From NCBI GenBank assembly GCA_965248695.1, contig CBDFKD010000001.1, forward strand, positions 61,411 to 125,410: 64,000 nucleotides of DNA, read 5' to 3'. The notes beneath the pieces are model-generated. The model was given only the letters and a program-made list of their open reading frames with translations, searched no databases and was not told where the DNA came from. Below, piece after piece: positions 25,402 through 34,651 of the stretch (positions are counted from its first letter, which is position 1; the number at the start of each line of letters is the position of its first letter). The DNA comes from Acidobacteriota bacterium. GTDB taxonomy: Bacteria > Acidobacteriota > UBA890 > WLXD01. The position numbers were made by a program, and so were the translations under genes.

Positions 25402-27135
25402 ATGGGTCGTCGATCGTTAGCACTTGGCGTCATGACGCTGGCCCTCGTGTCCGGGCTGGCGCTCGCTCCGGATGGTCGCGGCGGCGAAGCGCGGCGCCAG
25501 GTGGCGGAAGCGGCCGACCTCGTCTTTCGCAATGGCGACATCTACACGGTCGACGCAGCCCGTACCTGGGCGAGCGCCGTTGCGGTGGCCGGCAATCGCA
25601 TCGTCTACGTTGGCTCCGACGCAGGCATCGGTCCGTTCGTCGGCGCCGAGACACGGGTCATCGATCTGGATGGCCGCATGCTCATTCCTGGTTTCCAGGA
25701 CTCGCACCTGCACCCCAGCGGTCAGAGCCTCGACCTGGCACAACTGGACAATCTGGTCGATAGCAGAGAGGTGCTGCGTACGGTGCAGGAGTACGCCGAG
25801 GCGAATCCAGATCGACCGTGGGTTCTCGGTCGGGGCTGGCTCGAAGCAGCGTTCAAGCCCGCCGGTGTCCCGACGCGCCAGATGCTGGACGAGGTGGTGA
25901 GAGACCGTCCGGCGCTGATGACCAACGCCTCCGGGCATCAGGGATGGGCGAACTCGAAGGCGCTCGAGATCGCCGGGATCACCGCCGAGACCCCGGATCC
26001 ACCGAATGGTCGCATCGACCACGATGAGCATGGCGAGCCCAGCGGGATTCTCCAGGAGGCGGCGCAGGGCTTGGTACGGCAACACATTCCGGCACTGACA
26101 CACGAATTCCGCATCGAGGCACGCCGAGCGGCGTTGCGCGAGATGGCGAGGCTGGGAATCACTGCCATCGTTGATGCGTCTTCCTCCGCAGCGGGCGAAG
26201 CCGAGTTCGCCGAGCTCGAGGACGCTGACGAGCTCACCGTTCGCGCCGTGCTCTGTCAGCGGTATCGTCCACAGCGCGACGACGAGGAACAGATTCGCGA
26301 CTTCATTGCCCGCCGTGCGGCGCTCGGCGCCGGGCAGCTGCGCGCCACCTGCGTGAAGATCGGCCTCGACGGCATTATCGAGCACCACACAGCCTCGGTG
26401 CTCGAGCCCTACGTTGACCGGGACGACGAGTACCGCGGTCCGATCTTCGTGGAGCCGGCGCGACTGAAGAGGGTAGTGGCGCGCCTCGACGCCGAGGGCT
26501 TCCAGGTTCATATTCACTCGATCGCCGACCGCTCCGCACGCGAGGCACTGGATGCCATCGAAGCGGCGCAGCAGGTCAACGGCACCGGCGGCGGACGCCA
26601 CCACCTGGCGCATCTTCAGCTTCTCGATCCGGCCGACATGCCGCGCCTACGTACGTTGGGGGTGACTGCCAACATGACTCCACTCTGGGGCAGGGGAGAC
26701 GACTGGGAGACCGTGTTCGCGGTGCGGGTGTTGGGGCCCGAACGCAGCCAGCGGCTGCTGCAGCACAGCTCGATCCTGGGGGTGGGGGCCAACCTCGCAT
26801 GGGGCACCGACTGGCCGGTGACCAGCCTGGTGCCGGTGGAGGGCCTCGAAACGGCGACGACCCGCCGCTATCTGGGCGGCATGGACCCTTACGGTGCGCC
26901 CGACGAATCGTGGCTGCCGCACGAGCGCCTGACGCTCGGCGAGGCAATCGCCGCCTACACAATCTCCGGGGCCTACCTGTCGTTCGATGAAGCGGAACGG
27001 GGCTCGATCGAGGTAGGAAAGCTCGCCGACCTGGTGGTGATGGAGCAGAATCTATTCGAGGTATCGCCGCTACAGATCCACGAGGTCGCCGTCGATATGA
27101 CTGTGTTCGACGGCCGCGTCGTGTTCGAGCGCTAG
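25402..27135 (+). CDS. Amidohydrolase-3 family metal-dependent hydrolase (YtcJ-like), secreted
   Basis: Signal peptide. ADLVFRNGDIYTVD...AVAGNRIVYVG...IDLDGRMLIPGFQDSHLHP and C-terminal GSIEVGKLADLVV. Confidence 0.85.
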   Translation: MGRRSLALGVMTLALVSGLALAPDGRGGEARRQVAEAADLVFRNGDIYTVDAARTWASAVAVAGNRIVYVGSDAGIGPFVGAETRVIDLDGRMLIPGFQDSHLHPSGQSLDLAQLDNLVDSREVLRTVQEYAEANPDRPWVLGRGWLEAAFKPAGVPTRQMLDEVVRDRPALMTNASGHQGWANSKALEIAGITAETPDPPNGRIDHDEHGEPSGILQEAAQGLVRQHIPALTHEFRIEARRAALREMARLGITAIVDASSSAAGEAEFAELEDADELTVRAVLCQRYRPQRDDEEQIRDFIARRAALGAGQLRATCVKIGLDGIIEHHTASVLEPYVDRDDEYRGPIFVEPARLKRVVARLDAEGFQVHIHSIADRSAREALDAIEAAQQVNGTGGGRHHLAHLQLLDPADMPRLRTLGVTANMTPLWGRGDDWETVFAVRVLGPERSQRLLQHSSILGVGANLAWGTDWPVTSLVPVEGLETATTRRYLGGMDPYGAPDESWLPHERLTLGEAIAAYTISGAYLSFDEAERGSIEVGKLADLVVMEQNLFEVSPLQIHEVAVDMTVFDGRVVFER

Positions 27136-27270
27136 CCGTTGTCGATGGGCGAATAGGCTCACTGTACTGAGTGCTAAGATACGCGCCGCTGGCCGGCCTG
27201 CGTGTTTCGGCCTTCCGGTGCGCTGTCACCAGTGGTGCCTCGATTTTGGACTTCTCGGTCGGACTGACGA

Positions 27271-28023
27271 TTGAACATTCGAGATCAGCTGACGCGAATC
27301 GCGAGCTTGCAAGACGCCGAGCTGCGCTTGGGACGGATCGAAGCCGAGCTCGCGACGCTGCCTGGCGAACGCACCGCTCGCCAGGAGCGCATCGCCACCG
27401 CCAAAGCGAACATCGAGACCGTCGAGGCCGAGCGTGACGAGTGTCTCAAGCGGCATCGTGCGTACGAGGGCGAGCTGCAGGACGCCGAGGGCAAGATCGA
27501 AAAGTTTCGTGAGACCGAGATGCTCGTGAGGACCAATACACAGCTCTGGGCGGTCCAGGCGGAGATCGAGCAGGCACAGAAGGCAGCCGGCAGCATCGAA
27601 ACCAAGATCCTCGAGGAGATGGAGCGGGCGGATCAGCTCGAGTCGGAGATCAGCCAGCGTGTGACGGATCTCGGCGAAGTGGAGCAAGCGACTCGATCGG
27701 AGATCCAGGAGATCGACAGGCGCCAGGCCGAGCTAGAGGTCGATCGTGACTCGCGGCTGGGCGAAATCGAAGAGCTTCGAGGGACCGTCGACGCGGCGCT
27801 GCGCGCCCGCTACGAGCGCGTCAAGACCCGCCGCCACGGGGTTGCGATCGGTGAAGCGGCGGAAGGTACCTGCCTGGCCTGCAACGTCCGCCTCCGCCCA
27901 CAGCTGTGGCTCGAGGTGCTGAACATGGAAGCGCCAGTGCAGTGTGACAACTGCCAGCGGATCCTCTTTGTGCGCGATGCACTCCAGCTACCCTCGTCGA
28001 TCAAGGTAACGGTCGACGACTGA
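27271..28023 (+). CDS. COG1579-type coiled-coil protein with C-terminal C4 zinc ribbon
   Basis: Long coiled coil followed by GTCLACNVRL...VQCDNCQRILF. TTG start as in the ORF track, so the start is uncertain. Confidence 0.8.
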   Translation: MNIRDQLTRIASLQDAELRLGRIEAELATLPGERTARQERIATAKANIETVEAERDECLKRHRAYEGELQDAEGKIEKFRETEMLVRTNTQLWAVQAEIEQAQKAAGSIETKILEEMERADQLESEISQRVTDLGEVEQATRSEIQEIDRRQAELEVDRDSRLGEIEELRGTVDAALRARYERVKTRRHGVAIGEAAEGTCLACNVRLRPQLWLEVLNMEAPVQCDNCQRILFVRDALQLPSSIKVTVDD

Positions 28024-28037
28024 GAGCCGCCGGTCCG

Positions 28038-28442
28038 ATGTTCGTTGCTCATATCGACGGCGCCTCGCGCGGCAATCCCGGACATGCAGCTTATGGCGTG
28101 CGGGTGTGCGATTCCGGCGGCGTCGAAGTGGCACGATTCGGCGAGTATCTCGGCCATCAAACCAATAACTACGCCGAGTACCAGGGCCTGATTGCGGCGC
28201 TCCGCTGGGCCCGAGACAACGACGTCGAGGCTTTCATGGTGCGCTCCGACTCACAGCTGCTCGTGCGGCAAATGCAGGGTCGCTACAAGGTCAAGAGCGC
28301 CACTTTGCGCCCGCTCTGGCAACAGGCGTCGGAGCTCGCGGAGTCGCTACGCGAGCTCCGCCTGGAACACGTCCGCCGTGAAAACAACGTCGAAGCGGAT
28401 TCGCTTGCCAACGAAGTGCTGGACGCCCGCCCGCGCCACTAG
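28038..28442 (+). CDS. rnhA: Ribonuclease HI (type 1 RNase H)
   Basis: DEDD residues in context: HIDGASRGNPG, TNNYAEYQGL, VRSDSQLLV and NNVEADSLAN. Confidence 0.85.
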   Translation: MFVAHIDGASRGNPGHAAYGVRVCDSGGVEVARFGEYLGHQTNNYAEYQGLIAALRWARDNDVEAFMVRSDSQLLVRQMQGRYKVKSATLRPLWQQASELAESLRELRLEHVRRENNVEADSLANEVLDARPRH

Positions 28443-28716
28443 TGGCCTGTAACAGATGAACGTTACCTATCGCAGATGGGATTTGCGGGTGAGATCAAGG
28501 CGCGGCGAGGAAGGCGATGCAATGGGCATCGTCGAGGAGGCGCAACGCCGATATTGCCTGCAACTGCCCATCTGTCCGGAGGATGATGGCGAAATCCGCC
28601 CGTCTGCGGCGTTGCCCCTCCTCGAAGATGGGCAAACATCGTCTCGTCGGTGCGCCTGGCATTCGGACCCATTTCGCCACCACGATAGGCAACGTTCATC
28701 TGTTACAGGCCACTAG
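28439..28716. mobile_element. CTAG-bounded 270-nt palindromic (MITE-like) element, subfamily B
   Basis: CTAG at 28439-42 (contains the rnhA TAG) and 28713-16 (contains the pgeF TAG on the other strand). The 30-nt TIRs tggcctgtaacagatgaacgttacctatcg match 29/30. Internal blocks are shared with subfamily A, for example a 32-nt block at 28/32. Confidence 0.6.
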
Positions 28717-29450
28717 CCACGATCGCCGACGCGGGAGGCCAACGAGATTCCCGCGAGCATGCGTCCGGCAGCGTCGCCGTCACGACGGTAGGAGTGGAAG
28801 GTGTCCGGTTCCGAGTACGTGCAGCGTCCGGTGGTCTGCACGCGAGATGGCTCCACACCGCACGCCTCGAGCTGATATCGGGCCGCGCCCGCCAGATCAC
28901 AGAGCCAGGTTTGGCGGGGGTCGCGCTCCGGGTCGAGCTCTTGGCGCGGCTCACTGAAGACGTCCGTCGGTAATCCAGCGGCACGGAAACTGGTCACGAC
29001 ATCGTCCGCCACACGGTACGCGCCGGGGCCGATGCACGGGCCCAGCGCTGCGTCGCAGTCCTGAGGATGGGTGCCGAATTCCCGCGCCAGCGATCCCATC
29101 ATCGCCGGTAGCACCCCGAGAGCGATGCCACGCCAGCCAGCGTGCGCGGCTCCGATCGAGCCGCTTCGGGCATCGAACACCAGCACCGGGAGGCAGTCGG
29201 CAGTGGCGATACCCAGCGTCAAGCCGAGCCGCCGGGTGATCAGCGCATCGCCGGCAGGACGATCGTCGATCGATGCGCTCTGGAACGGGGACAGGTCCGT
29301 GGTGGCGTCGATGAGCAACACGTCGCTGCCGTGCACCTGACGCGCTCGCACGAGGGGAGACGGTAGGAGATCACCGAGTTGTCCCTGCCGGGTCTCGAAT
29401 CCGTGCGCAGCAGCCAGCCCGGGGACGCGCAACACGCTCTCCGGTGCCAC
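28713..29450 (-). CDS. pgeF: Peptidoglycan editing factor PgeF (YfiH/DUF152, laccase-domain protein)
   Basis: RQVHGSDV...IATADCLPVLVFD...GAAHAGWRG...C.GP..Y motifs. Confidence 0.85.
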   Translation of the reverse strand: MAPESVLRVPGLAAAHGFETRQGQLGDLLPSPLVRARQVHGSDVLLIDATTDLSPFQSASIDDRPAGDALITRRLGLTLGIATADCLPVLVFDARSGSIGAAHAGWRGIALGVLPAMMGSLAREFGTHPQDCDAALGPCIGPGAYRVADDVVTSFRAAGLPTDVFSEPRQELDPERDPRQTWLCDLAGAARYQLEACGVEPSRVQTTGRCTYSEPDTFHSYRRDGDAAGRMLAGISLASRVGDRG

Positions 29451-29453
29451 AGC

Positions 29454-31187
29454 TCAGCCCGTAGCGGCCATCGACGACGGTGCCTCAGCAGCCACCTGCA
29501 GCGCTTTGTCCCACTGATTGGTGAGCGCCGGAAGCCCGGGGCCGACGTGCAGGTGTCCCCACGGTGTCGGCTCGGCGGGATCGCGCTGCCGCAGAAACTC
29601 CTGCATGGGTACACCGTGGGTCTCGGACCAGGTGCGGAATGCCTGGCGCCAATCGCCGCACTGATGCCATTCTTCGAGAAGATCGGCGACGCGACGATCG
29701 CCGCGCGACATGACCGCCTGGATCTCCGCCGCTCGTGGCGGCATGGCATCGATCACCAGGTTGGGGACCCTGGCTGCTCGTCGGCGCAGCCACTTGAGCT
29801 TGGCGCGGTAGCTGCGCGTGTCGAGCTGCGGCGCCCACTGGAGCGGCGTTCCGGGCTTCGGGATCAGGCAGTTGATCGACATGGTGATTGTGCCGATGCG
29901 GCCGCGGGCGCGGCCCTCGTCGATCATGATGTCGCGCATCTTTTGTCCGAGCTCGACGATGGCCTCGAGATCTTCGTCGGTCTCGCCCGGAAGCCCGATG
30001 ATGATGTAGTTCTTCAGGTTCAGCGCGCCGGCGCGGAATATCATGCGCGTCTTGTCGAGGATCTCCTCGTTGGTGATCTTCTTCATGATCAGCCGGCGCA
30101 TGCGGTCGCTGCCGGCCTCGGGGGCGATGGTGATCGTCCGTTGACCCGAGTCCACCACCGTTTGCAGCAATGGCTCACTGAGGGTCGAGATGATGAGGCT
30201 GGGGCTGAAGACGCGAAATCCACGCTCGCGGAGGCCCATGGCAATGGCCTCGATGTCCGGATGGTCGAGCAACGCTGTGGCTACCAGCCCGACGCGATCG
30301 GTATATCGCCGCCAGGGTTCCACTGCTCGCAGAACGTCTTCGACGCTATGAACACGGAAAGGCAGGATGCTGTATCCGACCCAGCAATAACGGCACCCCT
30401 TCGTACAGCCCCGCGCCACCTCGACCAGCACGCGGTCCCCCATCTCACTGTCGGGGGCGAGAATCGCGGTCGCGGCGACGCGGTCGGCGCCGTCGAAGCG
30501 CGCCCGTACCTTGGTGATCGTGGCGGGGGCCGGGGGTAGCGCTTCGAGAGCGGCGAAACGGGCGGCGGCACCTGGCTCGGGAGATTCGTAGCGCGGCTCG
30601 TAGAACGCCGGTACGTAGAAGCCTTGGCGTGTAGCGAGGCCCTCGAGGAGCTCCTGTCGAGACGAGGCCCCGAGCGCAGCATCCAGGAGCGGTGCCAGTA
30701 GCTCCTCGCCTTCGCCGAGACAGCAAACGTCGAGAAAGGGCGCCACGGGCTCCGGGTTGATCGACACCGCGGCACCACCCATGACCACGAGCGGGTGGCG
30801 CTCGTCGCGTTCGGTGGCGCGCAGCGGAATTCCTGCTAACTCGAGGATTCGCAACAGGTTGGGGTAGTCGTTCTCGAAGGAAGCCGAGAACGCCAGGACG
30901 TCGAAATCAGCGACCGGCGTCGTTGACTCGAGGCTGAATAGCCTCGTGCCGGTACGGACGTATTCGGCCAGATGCTCGTCGTCCGGAAGGAATACCCGTT
31001 CGCAGCTGACGTCCGGATGCGCGTTCGCCTGGCGGTACACGCTGTGGAGGCCGAGATTCGCCATGCCGACGGCGTAGGTGTTCGGATACGCGAGCAGCAT
31101 CCGGAGCCTGGCGCTGCTCGGCGTGGCGAGCGCGATTTCGCCGGCCAGTCGTGTGCGCGCGGTCTGGTGTAGGTCCAATCCGTACAC
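29454..31187 (-). CDS. B12-binding-domain radical SAM protein (TIGR03960-like)
   Basis: N-terminal LLAYPNTYAVGMANLGLHSVY and radical SAM cluster motif RGCTKGCRYCWVG. Start set at GTG 31187, because the ORF-track start (31295) would overlap ftsZ. Start uncertain. Confidence 0.8.
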   Translation of the reverse strand: MYGLDLHQTARTRLAGEIALATPSSARLRMLLAYPNTYAVGMANLGLHSVYRQANAHPDVSCERVFLPDDEHLAEYVRTGTRLFSLESTTPVADFDVLAFSASFENDYPNLLRILELAGIPLRATERDERHPLVVMGGAAVSINPEPVAPFLDVCCLGEGEELLAPLLDAALGASSRQELLEGLATRQGFYVPAFYEPRYESPEPGAAARFAALEALPPAPATITKVRARFDGADRVAATAILAPDSEMGDRVLVEVARGCTKGCRYCWVGYSILPFRVHSVEDVLRAVEPWRRYTDRVGLVATALLDHPDIEAIAMGLRERGFRVFSPSLIISTLSEPLLQTVVDSGQRTITIAPEAGSDRMRRLIMKKITNEEILDKTRMIFRAGALNLKNYIIIGLPGETDEDLEAIVELGQKMRDIMIDEGRARGRIGTITMSINCLIPKPGTPLQWAPQLDTRSYRAKLKWLRRRAARVPNLVIDAMPPRAAEIQAVMSRGDRRVADLLEEWHQCGDWRQAFRTWSETHGVPMQEFLRQRDPAEPTPWGHLHVGPGLPALTNQWDKALQVAAEAPSSMAATG

Positions 31188-31227
31188 TCGTCGATGATCG
31201 CGCGTCAGCGTTCGCCGCTGCGGCCTG

Positions 31228-32505
31228 CTAGTTGCGCGGGGTCTCCTGGTGGCGCAGGAAGGCCGGCACCTCGAGGTCGTCTTCCTCCAGATCAAACGCC
31301 TTGTACGCCGCCGCCGGTGTGTCCGCCGCCGGGTCCGGTTGGTTCCCCGCTGCTGCCGTGTCGGCTGCGAAGTAGGGTGCGTCCGCTGGTCGGGCAGGCG
31401 GCGTCACCGCCCCGCGGTGGGCCAGCACCGAGTCGTGCATGCTCGGGCATGCCTCGAAGCCGGTGGCGATTACCGTGACCTTGATGGTGCCCTCGAGTGC
31501 CTCGTCGATGACTGCGCCGAACAGGATGTTGGCGTCTTCGTCGGCGGCGGCGTGAATGATCGTCGACGCTTCGTTTACCTCGTGCAACGTCATGCCCGGG
31601 CCGCCGGAGACGTTGATCAGCACCCCGCGGGCGCCGTCGATCGTGGTGTCCTCCAGCAACGGCGAATGGATTGCGGCGTGTGCCGCCTCGGCCGCGCGCT
31701 TGTCGCCGTCGCGCATGGCGGTGCCCATGATCGCCATGCCCATGCCGGACATCACGGTGCGAACATCGGCGAAGTCCAGGTTGATGAGACCCGGGACGAG
31801 GATGAGATCAGCGATACCCTGGACTCCCTGATGCAATACCTGGTCGGCGTGACGGAACGCATCGATCAGCGGCGTATCGGGTGCCACCGTGGCCAGTAGA
31901 CGATCGTTCGGGACCGCGATCAGCGTGTCGACTGCCTCCTGCAGCTCCTTGAGGCCGAGGTCCGCCTGCATCATCCGCCGGCGCCCCTCGAACGAGAACG
32001 GCTTCGTCACCACCGCAACGGTGAGTGCGCCGAGCTCGTTAGCGAGGCGAGCGATCACCGGCGCTGCCCCAGTAGCCGTGCCACCCCCCAACCCGCCGGT
32101 GACGAATACCATGTCGGCACCCTCGAGCGCCGCGACGATCCGATCGGTGTCCTCGAGCGCTGCCTGTCGACCGATCTCTGGGTTGGCGCCGGCTCCCAAA
32201 CCGCGCGTCAGATTGGTGCCGAGCTGGAGCTTCGATGGCGCCGTGTTGGATTCGAGCGCCTGCACGTCGGTATTGGCGGCGATGAACTCCACGCCCTTGA
32301 GTCCAGCCATCATCATCCGGGTGATGGCGTTGCCGCCCCCACCGCCTACTCCGACCACCTTGATGTACGCGTTGTGACGCATCGAATCTCCCGGCAATAG
32401 CGTCATGGGGTGGTCCGAGAGAAGCGGGTCGGCACTCGCCGGTGCGGCGTCTGGAGCGCTCGATTGCTCGAGCTCCGGCTGCTGGGCCCACTTGTCGTCC
32501 GTCAT
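31228..32505 (-). CDS. ftsZ: Cell division GTPase FtsZ
   Basis: [14 protein letters not shown], tubulin signature [13 protein letters not shown], and a C-terminal conserved peptide [10 protein letters not shown]. Confidence 0.95.
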   Translation of the reverse strand: MTDDKWAQQPELEQSSAPDAAPASADPLLSDHPMTLLPGDSMRHNAYIKVVGVGGGGGNAITRMMMAGLKGVEFIAANTDVQALESNTAPSKLQLGTNLTRGLGAGANPEIGRQAALEDTDRIVAALEGADMVFVTGGLGGGTATGAAPVIARLANELGALTVAVVTKPFSFEGRRRMMQADLGLKELQEAVDTLIAVPNDRLLATVAPDTPLIDAFRHADQVLHQGVQGIADLILVPGLINLDFADVRTVMSGMGMAIMGTAMRDGDKRAAEAAHAAIHSPLLEDTTIDGARGVLINVSGGPGMTLHEVNEASTIIHAAADEDANILFGAVIDEALEGTIKVTVIATGFEACPSMHDSVLAHRGAVTPPARPADAPYFAADTAAAGNQPDPAADTPAAAYKAFDLEEDDLEVPAFLRHQETPRN

Positions 32506-32554
32506 CCCCGTTCCTCCCAGACTCTACGATTCAACTTCGCTGGCGGTGCGTTGC

Positions 32555-33793
32555 TCAGAACAAGTCGGCAAGCCAGCGTGCGAATCGACCGCGTACCCGG
32601 CGAATGAACGTCGGGTCGCGGACTTCGAATCGCGACGCTACCCCGCTATTCCGATGGCCGTACAAGGCCAGTCCTACGGCGGTCGAGTAGCCGGGCCCCG
32701 ACACCAAGTCGACGAGCCCGGTCACCTCGTTAGGGACGCCGACGCGCACCGGCAGCCCGAATCGCTGCTCAGCCGTTTCCGCCAATCCCTCGAGCAAAGC
32801 GCCGCCCCCTGTAAGCACGATGCCGGCGTGGAGTACATCCGCGAAACCGGAACGCCGAATATCGTCACGCACCAAGTCAAGAATCTCCACTGCCCTCGGC
32901 CTAAGGATCTCACAAAGTTGCCTTCGAGGCACCAGCGATGAAGCACGTCCACCGATTCCCGGGACCTCGACCGATTGATCGTCAGGCACCAGGTCGGGCA
33001 GCACAACGCCGTGGCGGACCTTGATCTTCTCGGCCTCAGGGAGCGGTGTCTTGAGTACGACCGAAACGTCGTTGGTGAAGCTCTCGCCCCCGACGGGGAA
33101 CACCGACGTGTGACATACGGCACCGCCCTGGAAGCACACCAGATCGGTGGTGCCGCCTCCGATATCGATCAGCGCGACCCCGAGCTCGCGCTCGTCACGC
33201 GACAAGACAGCCTCGTTGGCGGCAAGCGCCTCCAGCACCACGGCTTGCACCTCGATGCCGCCGTGGTTGGCGCAATTCACCAGGTTCTGAATCGCCGAGA
33301 CCGACGCCACCACCAGGTGGAGGTTGACCTCGAGTCGCTTCGCCGACATGCCGAGTGGATCGATAATGTTGTCCTGGCCGTCGATGAGGAACTGCTGCGG
33401 CAGCAGGTGGACGATCTCGCGGTCGCCGGGCAGGTCGAGGTCGCTGGCGGCGTCGATCACGCGTCGGATGTCGTCTTCGGTGACCTCCCGGGCGCGGCTG
33501 TCGAGGCCGACGGCGCCACGGCTGTTGAAGCCGCGCACATGGTTGCCGGTGGCGCTGACCCAGGCCCGGTCGACGCTCACGCCTGCCATCAGCTCGGCCT
33601 CTTCCACGGCGGCCTTGATGGATTCGACCGTACTTTCTATGTCGACCACTACGCCCTTCTTCTGGCCGCGCGACGACGCCAGACCGACGCCGATCACCTC
33701 GAGCTCATCGTCTGGATGGCCCTCCGCGATGACGGCGCACACTTTGGTCGTCCCGATATCGAGGCCGACCACATAGCGTTCGAGACGCGCCAC
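32555..33793 (-). CDS. ftsA: Cell division protein FtsA
   Basis: Actin-fold motifs VGLDIGTTKVCAVIAE and IDIGGGTTD. Position between ftsQ and ftsZ. Confidence 0.95.
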   Translation of the reverse strand: MARLERYVVGLDIGTTKVCAVIAEGHPDDELEVIGVGLASSRGQKKGVVVDIESTVESIKAAVEEAELMAGVSVDRAWVSATGNHVRGFNSRGAVGLDSRAREVTEDDIRRVIDAASDLDLPGDREIVHLLPQQFLIDGQDNIIDPLGMSAKRLEVNLHLVVASVSAIQNLVNCANHGGIEVQAVVLEALAANEAVLSRDERELGVALIDIGGGTTDLVCFQGGAVCHTSVFPVGGESFTNDVSVVLKTPLPEAEKIKVRHGVVLPDLVPDDQSVEVPGIGGRASSLVPRRQLCEILRPRAVEILDLVRDDIRRSGFADVLHAGIVLTGGGALLEGLAETAEQRFGLPVRVGVPNEVTGLVDLVSGPGYSTAVGLALYGHRNSGVASRFEVRDPTFIRRVRGRFARWLADLF

Positions 33794-33799
33794 AGTCGG

Positions 33800-34651
33800 C
33801 TAGTCCTCCAATCCGGTGTCCGATTCGGGCTGGCGTACGACCACCATTTCGCGGTAACGGAGGTCGACGATCGCGCTGTCGGGCAAGGTGCGCCGGGCCA
33901 TCAACGAGCGCAGGTTGTCGAGCTTGATCTCCAGGCGCGACGCGTCGCCGAGTTGCACCGTGCGCAACGGACGGGCCAGCACCAGTGCCACGCCGCTTGG
34001 CTCGAGCCGCAGATAGGCGACCTGGCCGAAGAGGTCACGGCGTGTCTGGCGCAGCGAGTCAACGATCGCCACTGCATCATCGAAGGATGCGCCGCCCGGT
34101 ACGTGACGGGGCACCCGTCGCGTCGCGTCGAGCGCTGGCCGCAAAGCGTTCGTCATACGCAAGCGCGGGAGGCTCGGATCGGTCTGCGGGTCGCGACCGA
34201 GCAGGACGCCGTCCTGTGACACCAACCAGGCACCGTCTGGAGCATGCAGACGGCCCCAGGGTCCGCGCAGCGATACCTCGACCCCGAGCGTCCGCGGCAG
34301 CATCCGGCGCACGCGTGCGGTACGCACCTGTGGGATTTGCTCGACGAGCGTTCGTAGCGGGTCGAGGTCAAGCATCAGAAGGTTGCGCCCGAGAACCGGT
34401 TCGAGACGGTCGCGCACCACCTCGCGCAAGCGCTCGGGAACCGCTTCCAAGGCGAGCTCGCGCAAGACAAAGCTGTCATCGTCGGCAGCGTAGCCGTATC
34501 CCGCGTATGCCAGACCGCCACCGAAGGCGACGCCCGACGCGACCATCATGAGCTGCCCGAAGATCGCCAGGCTGCTACGCCGCCGCAGCGCCGGGCGATT
34601 CTGTATCGAGCGCAGGAACTGCGGTGCGCGTTTCTCGCTCGTTCCTACCAT
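33800..34651 (-). CDS. ftsQ: Cell division protein FtsQ (POTRA domain)
   Basis: Single N-terminal TM (LMMVASGVAFGGGLAYAGYGY) followed by a POTRA-like region. Position in the dcw cluster. Confidence 0.8.
   Translation of the reverse strand: MVGTSEKRAPQFLRSIQNRPALRRRSSLAIFGQLMMVASGVAFGGGLAYAGYGYAADDDSFVLRELALEAVPERLREVVRDRLEPVLGRNLLMLDLDPLRTLVEQIPQVRTARVRRMLPRTLGVEVSLRGPWGRLHAPDGAWLVSQDGVLLGRDPQTDPSLPRLRMTNALRPALDATRRVPRHVPGGASFDDAVAIVDSLRQTRRDLFGQVAYLRLEPSGVALVLARPLRTVQLGDASRLEIKLDNLRSLMARRTLPDSAIVDLRYREMVVVRQPESDTGLED

Noticed and set aside
27136-27270. 135-nt spacer upstream of the COG1579 gene as a small RNA or riboswitch.
   Set aside because: It contains only short, weak hairpins and no motif I can match to a known RNA family.
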